A DNA stretch of 35,295 nt. Origin: Oculatellaceae cyanobacterium bins.114 (GTDB lineage: Bacteria > Cyanobacteriota > Cyanobacteriia > Elainellales > Elainellaceae). Positions within the stretch are counted from its first letter, which is position 1; each line of letters opens with the position of its first letter. Made by a program: the position numbers and the translations under genes. The stretch is taken from assembly GCA_033764315.1 (NCBI GenBank), contig JANRJA010000142.1:1-35295 (forward strand). Reading direction: 5' to 3'. Under the pieces are notes generated by a model. That model was not told the DNA's origin. It was given only the letters and a program-made list of their open reading frames with translations, and made no database searches. Positions 28,077-35,295 of this stretch are shown here, in pieces.

Positions 28077-30263
28077 CTAGAGCCACTCGTCGATCGCCTC
28101 GTCTTTGGTGTTAGTGCGGCGTTCGGGGGTTTCGCGCTCAAACTCCATATGGATAGCCCGGTTTTGTTCGCCATCCGCAGCAACAGCAGTGATGGGGTAG
28201 TCAATCACGCCATCCTGAAAAGACATCTGGAAGCGGAAAGTGCCATCGGGGCTGAGTTGAATTACGCGATCGCCAACAGTAACCGTTGCATCAGGTTCCG
28301 TTGCACCGTAAACAATCAATTCGGCATCCGCCACCAACCAGAACTTGCGCGGACGAACTGGAGGAGCCGAGGCCGAAAAGCCAATGCCCGACATGCCAAT
28401 CCCCGACATCGACAGCGTTGGCAATGCTCCCATGCCCACCCCCGAAGGAAAGATATAGGAACTCACGGCTTGCTCTGGCACCATTTGCATTGAGCCATAC
28501 AGCGACCCTGCGACCCGTTGCGACTCGGCGGATTGCGCCATATCAAAAAGTTCGCTGTAGAGCGGATTTTCTGGAGCAACAATAGACCGTTGACTCGGCG
28601 GAATCAGAGTATAGAAGGTTTTGCCCCACAGTTCTTCATCCCACCCCAACGTGATGAAATAGTCTTCAAACCAATCAGAGGGATAAATGGGTGGAATGCG
28701 GGTAGGGGCAGACCGCGCCAACATCAGCCAACGACCATCGGCAGCAATGTAGCCAATCTCAGCCACATAGTCGCGATCGCTCACCGGAATCGGCAAATAC
28801 CAATCGCGGGCCAACTCTTCACACGCAAATTGTTGCAAGCTATGGGGGCGTTGTGCATTCAAATCGATGTCAGTGACATCATAAAGCCGCAGGGCTAATC
28901 GCTCTCCCCCTTGACGGCGCAACTCTTCTCGGTGGTCATTGGGCACGTCCCAATAAGCATAGGCCCACTGGGGATCACGAGGCATCAAAACAATGCGGCT
29001 CTCGCCATAGCCTTCTGGCAAATCAGGCAGATCGGCATCAACATCCGCCAATGACTCCGCTGAGAGATCCGTTTGACCCACATTAAATTTAGTCGCTTCC
29101 ACCGTTGACTGATCATCATCTCCTGGCTGCGAAGAGGCTCCCACTCCACTTAAGCCAGCCATTAATACTGCACTCTCTACAGCTAGAGCAGGCGGACTGC
29201 TAGGAACTGGAAACGCCCCATCTGCCTGATCGAGCAAGGCGGCCACCGTTTGAGTTGGGGTGGGGGTGTCTGCTGGAAGTTTTGCCAAGACGGTTGGGGC
29301 ATTATCAAACCCACTGGGCAGTCGAATCGGAGCCGATCGCGCTAGAACCAACCATTGCCCCTCTGCGGTAGCGTAACCCACCTCCGTGAGGTAATCGCGT
29401 TCATTCGATGGAATCGTCAATAACAACGGTTGGGCTTGCTCATCCACCGCAATTTGTTCAACGCTATGCGGAGATTGCGTTCTCAAATCAATGCCAGTGA
29501 CATCATAAAGCCGCACCGCAAATTGCTGCCCGCCTTGTTCACGAGCGATCGCCAAGTGGGTATCAGGTACAGTCCAACGGGCTTGAACTTGATTGGGGCT
29601 ATAAGGCTCTAGGGTCAATTGACTGTCAACTCCAGGCACTAACCCGGCCAACAGAGGCGCAGCTGTGACTCCAGCCCCTGCGGTTAGTACTGCACCTCCA
29701 GCGATCGCAGCTTCAGTGGGTACACTAGAGGGGCGATCGCCCGAAATGGACTGCCGATCGGAGGCAACCACCGATCCGGCTCTGGCGGCTAGGTCAGTCC
29801 CCTCACTGGGTGGAGTGACCGCACCCGTAACGGGAACAGTGCCCGTAGCTGTTGGAGCCGATTCGCCCGTTGCAGGAGTGGTGCGACGTTTGCTCAACCA
29901 CCACAACAACAGTGCTAACAATGCTAGAGGAATCAATAACAGTAACCATAGTGGTAAGCCCTTAGCAGCACTCGCAGTTTGCTCTCCACCAGTCGAGGGG
30001 CTGGGTGCACTCACCAAAACCACCGCTTTATCACCCACACCTGCGATCGATTGATCATTGGAATTAGAGGCATCTGTCGCGATCGCCTCGTCTCCGGCAA
30101 AGGTGTCAGCAATCATATTTTTTGACCTGACCGAACTCACAGGGGCAGGAGATTGATCAATAGATATATTCTTTCTTAAAGATTCTGCTAACAATTTAGG
30201 AGCCGCAGGGAAGGCAAATAGGAGAGCCAGAGCGATCGCCGGAGTATATTTCTGAAACACCAT
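28077..30263 (-). CDS. Membrane-anchored protein with two DUF4912-like domains
   Basis: Signal peptide-like N-terminus, TM LWLLLLIPLALLALLLWWL, two copies of RLYDVT.IDL...DY..E.GY....G.W..LARSAP, C-terminal FWLVADAELIVYGATEPDA. Confidence 0.85.
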   Translation of the reverse strand: MVFQKYTPAIALALLFAFPAAPKLLAESLRKNISIDQSPAPVSSVRSKNMIADTFAGDEAIATDASNSNDQSIAGVGDKAVVLVSAPSPSTGGEQTASAAKGLPLWLLLLIPLALLALLLWWLSKRRTTPATGESAPTATGTVPVTGAVTPPSEGTDLAARAGSVVASDRQSISGDRPSSVPTEAAIAGGAVLTAGAGVTAAPLLAGLVPGVDSQLTLEPYSPNQVQARWTVPDTHLAIAREQGGQQFAVRLYDVTGIDLRTQSPHSVEQIAVDEQAQPLLLTIPSNERDYLTEVGYATAEGQWLVLARSAPIRLPSGFDNAPTVLAKLPADTPTPTQTVAALLDQADGAFPVPSSPPALAVESAVLMAGLSGVGASSQPGDDDQSTVEATKFNVGQTDLSAESLADVDADLPDLPEGYGESRIVLMPRDPQWAYAYWDVPNDHREELRRQGGERLALRLYDVTDIDLNAQRPHSLQQFACEELARDWYLPIPVSDRDYVAEIGYIAADGRWLMLARSAPTRIPPIYPSDWFEDYFITLGWDEELWGKTFYTLIPPSQRSIVAPENPLYSELFDMAQSAESQRVAGSLYGSMQMVPEQAVSSYIFPSGVGMGALPTLSMSGIGMSGIGFSASAPPVRPRKFWLVADAELIVYGATEPDATVTVGDRVIQLSPDGTFRFQMSFQDGVIDYPITAVAADGEQNRAIHMEFERETPERRTNTKDEAIDEWL

Positions 30264-30660
30264 AAGATAACTACCTGATCAACTCCAATTGTAAATTTTT
30301 GAAAAAGACGTGCTCATTATATAACCCTTTACTCCATGGAAAATGTCTGAGTAGAAATACTTATCACCCAAGTTTTTTTGAATAACTAGGGCTTAGGCAA
30401 AGAGTGCTAAGTAGGATATGTAAATCAATTAAAGCGTGTCTCCTAGCTGTGTCGCCTCTGTGTCACCCGTGCGCGTTGCGCTATCCTCCTTCCCCCCTAA
30501 CTCAGTGGGCTTTCATAAAATGCGGTCAGACCTGAGAGCGGCTTACCCGACGTAGCCTGATGGCATGACGAATGATGAACAATTGACCGATAATTTAGTA
30601 CTTCACAATAGACAGGTAATTAACCATCTTCCCCTCCTACCCTTCACTCCTTAATGCATC

Positions 30661-32175
30661 ATGATAGCGACGGGTCAACCAGCACTACACTATCAGCCAA
30701 AGTACAAGCCTAATCAACTCATTTGTGGTACGGGGCAAACCGCCATTGTGACCGGATGGACGGTGAAAGGGGCGATCGCCAAAAAGTTACACCCCCACGA
30801 ATACGCCGTGATCGGGCAACTCTATAGCCCCACCCGTGGTATTGATCTGTTGGTTCGCAACCTGTTAGCCAACCCTCAGGTACGGTTTATCGTGATTTTA
30901 AACGCCACTAAAGAAGACCAAAATGCAGGAGCATGTGCCTGTTTCATTGATTTCTTGCGATCTAGCGTTGAGCAGGGCAAGACCGACACCGGGCGCGAGT
31001 GTTGGGTGGTGCGATCCGCTATCACAGGCTATATCGATATTGAAATCTCACTCGACGCATTGGAGCACCTGCGCCAGTCGGTCGAATGGAGTGAAGCAAA
31101 GTCAATTGCTGAGGCGGTTCAACAGGTTCAAGCCTATGCCACACGAGGAGCGATCGCTCCCTGGGGAACTGCTCTCACCTTTCCACAAGCCCCATTAACA
31201 CCGACAACCCTTCCAGGCGTGCGTTATGGACACCGCATTGAAGGCAAAACGATTGCTGAAACCTGGGTCAAAATAATTCACCGGATCAAAACAACCGGCA
31301 CCATTCGCCCCACTGCCTATGATGGTCACTGGCAAGAACTGATTGATTTGGTGGCGATTGTCACCGCTGAACCCGATGGATTCTACTTTCCAGACCCTAA
31401 CTATCTCCCCGTCGATCGCCCCTTCATTCAGCAATACATCTCCCAGATCTTGGATGATGCGCCTCTCCGCGAAGGTGTGAAATATACCTATGGGCAACGG
31501 TTGCGATCGTGGTTTGGGCAAGACCAGATTCAACAGGTGATCGAAAAGCTAGCCGCTGATCTCAACTCTGCCAGAGCCGTTATGTCTTTGTGGGATGTGA
31601 ATGACCACGCCGCAGGGGATAGCCCACCCTGTTTGAATCATATTTGGGTGCGAATCATCGATGGAGAACTCTCGCTCACCGCTACCTTTCGCAGCAATGA
31701 TATGTTTTCAGCGTGGGTTGCCAATGCAATGGGCTTGCGGGCATTGCAGCAACACATTCTCAAGGCAGTGAGCGACCTTAGCTCTGTCTCGCTTACATTA
31801 GGCCCGTTAATCACAATTAGCCAGAGTGCCCATATCTACGATGATTGCTGGGAGAACAGCGATCGCCTGATCGAGTCACAATATGCCAAGATCTGCCAGC
31901 AACGAGACTACGCTGACCCCATCGGCAGTTTCACCATTACCGTTCAACCTGACCTGATTGTGATAGAACACTTGACTCCAGGCTCCGGAGAAACGATTAA
32001 CTGCTATTCAGGACGGTCTGCCACCCAACTCTATCGACAGATCGCCACCCATTGCCCCGCCTTGCAACCCGAACACGCTCTCTATCTCGGCGCAGAATTG
32101 CAAAAAGCAGAGCTTGCCCTGACCCGACCTGAGCAATTTAGCTATGAACAAGACAAACCCTTAAAAGGGTTGTAG
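30661..32175 (+). CDS. thyA: Thymidylate synthase (ThyA-type) fused to an N-terminal MtrA-like and a C-terminal DUF4346-like domain
   Basis: YTYGQRL, SARA, PPC, FRSNDMFSAWVAN, SAHIYD; N-terminal GIDLLVRNLLANPQVRFIV; C-terminal HALYLGAELQKAE...YEQDKPL. Confidence 0.8.
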   Translation: MIATGQPALHYQPKYKPNQLICGTGQTAIVTGWTVKGAIAKKLHPHEYAVIGQLYSPTRGIDLLVRNLLANPQVRFIVILNATKEDQNAGACACFIDFLRSSVEQGKTDTGRECWVVRSAITGYIDIEISLDALEHLRQSVEWSEAKSIAEAVQQVQAYATRGAIAPWGTALTFPQAPLTPTTLPGVRYGHRIEGKTIAETWVKIIHRIKTTGTIRPTAYDGHWQELIDLVAIVTAEPDGFYFPDPNYLPVDRPFIQQYISQILDDAPLREGVKYTYGQRLRSWFGQDQIQQVIEKLAADLNSARAVMSLWDVNDHAAGDSPPCLNHIWVRIIDGELSLTATFRSNDMFSAWVANAMGLRALQQHILKAVSDLSSVSLTLGPLITISQSAHIYDDCWENSDRLIESQYAKICQQRDYADPIGSFTITVQPDLIVIEHLTPGSGETINCYSGRSATQLYRQIATHCPALQPEHALYLGAELQKAELALTRPEQFSYEQDKPLKGL

Positions 32176-32407
32176 TCATGGGTCACTCACTCCATCTGCA
32201 ACTATGTTCAGATCCCCGATTTTTGGTGATGCACCCTGGGGGGAATCGGTCTACCGCTCTCCTTCCAAGATACAAGGGGAGACTCTCCCAATACTTGGTT
32301 TCAGTTCCATAGGTTTCAGCTCTATTGAAATACCAGACCTGATTGACAATTGACAACGAACCGTTGACGATAAACGGTTGACCCAACTCCCTACTTCCTT
32401 TTAGCTG

Positions 32408-32842
32408 ATGGATCTGTTACTAAAAGTCAAACTACTCAACGAACATGCTCGCTTGCCCCACTATGCCCATCCTGGAGATGCAGGCTTAGATTTATTCTCA
32501 ACAGTCGAAACAGTCATCGAAGCAGGAAGCAGTGCCCTCATTCCAACAGGTCTAAGTATTCAATTGCCCCCGCACACAGAGGCTCAAGTTAGACCCCGCA
32601 GTGGGCTAGCCCTCAAGCATCAAGTCACAGTTCTCAATACCCCAGGCACAATCGACGAAGGCTATCGCGGAGAAGTTGGAGTTATCTTGATTAACCACGG
32701 TAAGTCACCTTTTCACATCACAATTGGCATGAAAATCGCGCAAATGGTGATCAAACCCGTCTATCCCGTGACGGTGCAAGCCGTTGAAGCGTTAGAGTCA
32801 ACCTCTAGAGGCGAAGGAGGATTTGGCTCTACCGGAGTTTGA
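32408..32842 (+). CDS. dut: dUTP diphosphatase
   Basis: [38 protein letters not shown]. Confidence 0.97.
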   Translation: MDLLLKVKLLNEHARLPHYAHPGDAGLDLFSTVETVIEAGSSALIPTGLSIQLPPHTEAQVRPRSGLALKHQVTVLNTPGTIDEGYRGEVGVILINHGKSPFHITIGMKIAQMVIKPVYPVTVQAVEALESTSRGEGGFGSTGV

Positions 32843-33578
32843 GCGATCGCCCCTTCACATCACCTTCTACCTCTCCTGCCAATCTGACCCATTGCCTGAC
32901 CTAATTCATTACTTAAGCCACTACCTAATTTATCTAGAGCAAATAGCTATTCACCCTGACTTTAAAGTTTTTCAGACAGAAGCGTTAACAACCCCTATCT
33001 CAAAAGCGACTCAATCTATTTACGGCATAGGATAAAACAACAAATCTGGGAAAAAGGCATTAATCATCAGCCAGAGCGAAAAAGTGACTGAAATCGCTAG
33101 CACTGCTAAAACAGGTGCTAATGAAAGATATTGCAGAAAGTAGCCCGGTTGATTATTGGCTGTTTTCTTCATGAGAGGTTTCCTGACGCAATAGTGTAGA
33201 ACTAGAGATTTTATTCACACCATAATGCAGCGTCTTTTGACAAACCTCTGACTCAAGATAGGACAATACCTTAAAGAAAACACAAGGACTTGCTCAAAAG
33301 CATTGCGTCAAAAGCCTTACTGCTTCTGAGAGAAAGCTTTCAAGCATGATTGTAACTCTCTTGATTTGTGAGGTTGGGGTGTGCTTCTTACAACACACTT
33401 AGGAGTGCTAGATAAAATTGCATAAAGTGTTTTTGTATTCGTCTTTTCTCTAGGCGATCGCGCTCCAGTCTTCAATTAGCTCTCATATTCAACACAGTCT
33501 CTGCTAATAGAGTGATGATTTAAATGCAAAAAACTTTCATTCTTATAACTAAATCATTTACTTTGGAGTCAACAAAAC

Positions 33579-34256
33579 GTGGCGTTGCAAGGCTTGTTAT
33601 TAGATGTAGATGGAACGCTCGTTTTGAGTAATGATGCTCACGCTCAAGCCTGGGTAGAGGCGTTCGCCAAATATGGATATGACATTGATTTTGATACGGT
33701 TCGTTCCATGATTGGCATGGGGGGCGATCGCATCATACCTCAGTTAGTCCCTGGTTTGAACGATGAGGAAGGTATCGGTAAAGCGATCACTGATTATCGC
33801 AAACAACTCGTTCTTGAAAAATTTGTTCCTCAACTTACCCCAGCTAATGGGTCACGGGCACTGCTGCAAAAGATGCAGACATTAGGATTAAAGTTGGTGG
33901 TTGCCAGTTCAGCCTCAAACGAAGAACTGGGAGCACTACTCAAAGCCGCTCAGGTAGAAGACCTGATTGAAGAAGCAACGACATCCGATGATGCAAATGC
34001 CTCAAAACCCGCTCCAGATATTGTCGCAGCTGCCCTCACCAAATCAAACTTTGCACCAGACCAGGTGTTGATGTTGGGCGACACTCCCTATGACATCGAA
34101 TCAGCAGGTAAAGCAGGTGTTTCAGTGATTGCATTACGATGTGGGGGATTTAAAGAAGAGCAGTTAGCGGGAGCGATCGCCATCTATAATGATCCGGCTG
34201 ATTTACTGCAACACTACAACGCATCTCCGCTAGCTCAGGAGATGCACCAACCCTAA
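33579..34256 (+). CDS. HAD-family hydrolase
   Basis: DVDGTLV, KPAPD, GDTPYD; GTG start with GGAG RBS. Confidence 0.92.
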   Translation: MALQGLLLDVDGTLVLSNDAHAQAWVEAFAKYGYDIDFDTVRSMIGMGGDRIIPQLVPGLNDEEGIGKAITDYRKQLVLEKFVPQLTPANGSRALLQKMQTLGLKLVVASSASNEELGALLKAAQVEDLIEEATTSDDANASKPAPDIVAAALTKSNFAPDQVLMLGDTPYDIESAGKAGVSVIALRCGGFKEEQLAGAIAIYNDPADLLQHYNASPLAQEMHQP

Positions 34257-34501
34257 TGCTTTAAACACTGCTGGGATAAGCCTTAAACTACCTCTTTGGT
34301 TTCACAGATCTATGCCAACAGTGGACGTAAAACCAGTTTCAATTGCATATCCTACATAAAAGCATGGCGGGGTGCCGGTGGGGTTTAGACAATTTTGTAG
34401 ACCAACCCAATACTCTCTTTTCACGGAGTCTCAGTCTTTTTTAAACTCCAATACTCAAAATTGAAACTTGCAAACCCTTTAAAACCAAAGGAATAACACC
34501 A

Positions 34502-35131
34502 ATGAAGCTTTCAACCTTGTCTAAAAAGGTGTGGTTAAACATTTTTGCGGTCGGTTTCACAACACTTGCACTAGCATTGCCTGTCACTGCCACTACCAGC
34601 ACTGGCAGTGCAGGAGGTGCTACTGGAACCACAGGCGGCACTACTGGAACTACGGGCGGCACAACAAGCGGCACAACAGGCGGCACTACTGGATCTACTG
34701 GAACTACAAATGGTACTAGTGGCACAACCGGAACGACAGGCGGTACTAGTGGCACTATGGGTGGTACTAGTGGCACTATGGGTGGTACTACTGGTACAAC
34801 AGGGACAACTGGAACGACAGGGGGTACTACTGGCGGCACAACCGGAACCACTGGAACGACAGGCGGAACCACTGGTGGCACTACAGGCGACACTACTGGT
34901 ACAACTGGTACAACTGGTACAACTGGAACGACAGGCAGTACCACTGGGACAACAACCGCTCCCTATGGAACGACCGGAACCACAACTGATACCTTGCAAA
35001 CAGAAGACAATAACGATTGGAGTTGGTTAGGCTTGTTTGGTTTACTGGGGTTAGCAGGACTATTACCCAGAGGCCAAGAACCTGTCCGGTCTGTAGATCC
35101 TAATGTCACCACTCACACCGGATCACGCTAG
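34502..35131 (+). CDS. Thr/Gly-rich exported protein with WGxxGxxG-type C-terminal anchor
   Basis: Signal peptide, (G)GTT repeats, DWSWLGLFGLLGLAGL. Confidence 0.82.
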   Translation: MKLSTLSKKVWLNIFAVGFTTLALALPVTATTSTGSAGGATGTTGGTTGTTGGTTSGTTGGTTGSTGTTNGTSGTTGTTGGTSGTMGGTSGTMGGTTGTTGTTGTTGGTTGGTTGTTGTTGGTTGGTTGDTTGTTGTTGTTGTTGSTTGTTTAPYGTTGTTTDTLQTEDNNDWSWLGLFGLLGLAGLLPRGQEPVRSVDPNVTTHTGSR

Positions 35132-35159
35132 GCAGCAAGCTCTACAGATGGGTTCATAA

Positions 35160-35295
35160 CCCTCTTTGGTCACATTAATGAGAGGAATTTAGAATAGGGA
35201 TAGACCATTTGAGAGGGTGCCAGGAATCCTATGCCTGCGTCAAGAGAGGCTCGACCAACGATTCGCTTTGTCGATGAGTATTGCCAACTGTATGC
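35160..35295 (+). mobile_element. Left end of a probable IS701-family element (truncated by window)
   Basis: Candidate terminal repeat CCCTCTTTGGTCAC at 35160-35173, followed by a transposase-like start; both recalled from cyanobacterial IS701-type elements. Confidence 0.6.
35231..35295 (+). CDS. IS701-family transposase, N-terminal fragment
   Basis: MPASREARPTIRFVDEYCQLY resembles the PT(V/I).FVDEYC..Y N-terminus of cyanobacterial IS701 transposases; only 21 codons visible. Confidence 0.65.
   Translation, partial: MPASREARPTIRFVDEYCQLY

Noticed and set aside
30500..30590. TPP-riboswitch-like words CTGAGA...ACCC...CCTGAT upstream of thyA
   Set aside because: The 5' GGGGTG-type P2 strand and the 3' TAAT...GCG.AGG elements are missing, and the downstream gene is not thiamine related. 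An Infernal TPP scan would settle it.
5028..31533. Many 60-150 aa ORFs nested in or antisense to well-supported genes
   Set aside because: They lie largely or wholly within recognised CDSs and show no family motifs.
32183..32386. 67-aa minus ORF between thyA and dut
   Set aside because: No motif; the region consists of degenerate short repeats (TTGACAA-like) and repeat half-sites.
34441..35030. Val/Pro-, Cys/Ser- and Gln/Leu-rich ORFs overlapping the Thr/Gly gene
   Set aside because: These are alternative-frame or antisense shadows of the low-complexity tract; only 34502-35131 has a signal peptide and anchor.

Overview
Chromosomal window from a cyanobacterium, judged from dozens of HIP1 octamers (GCGATCGC), an fbp-tal-zwf-opcA operon, inrS, an hhoA-type protease and a cyanobacterial ArsA/GET3-like gene. 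Most of 3.6-35.1 kb is ordinary housekeeping and accessory content: HelY-type helicase, MATE, HtrA protease, InrS, several DUF genes, SulP, the oxidative pentose phosphate operon, an MtrA-like/ThyA/DUF4346 fusion with dut, a HAD hydrolase and a Thr/Gly-rich WGxxGxxG-type surface protein. The 5' end of a probable IS701-family element sits at the right edge. The standout is 1-3503, which continues off the left edge. It is an array of type II toxin-antitoxin modules (VapBC; orphan Phd + HigBA; Phd-RelE) separated by four copies of a composite repeat. Each repeat contains 21-nt HIP1-anchored minirepeats, a 20-bp palindrome and the antisense 3' end of a TPR gene. All seven visible repeat boundaries fall on a HIP1 octamer (5 exact, 2 with one mismatch). 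The TPR pieces in copies 2 and 3 are strongly and mostly synonymously diverged, whereas their flanks are about 97% identical. This suggests a HIP1-jointed, integron-like or orphan-C-terminus cassette array, with no recombinase visible in the window. Family assignments come from motif recognition only; no database search was run.
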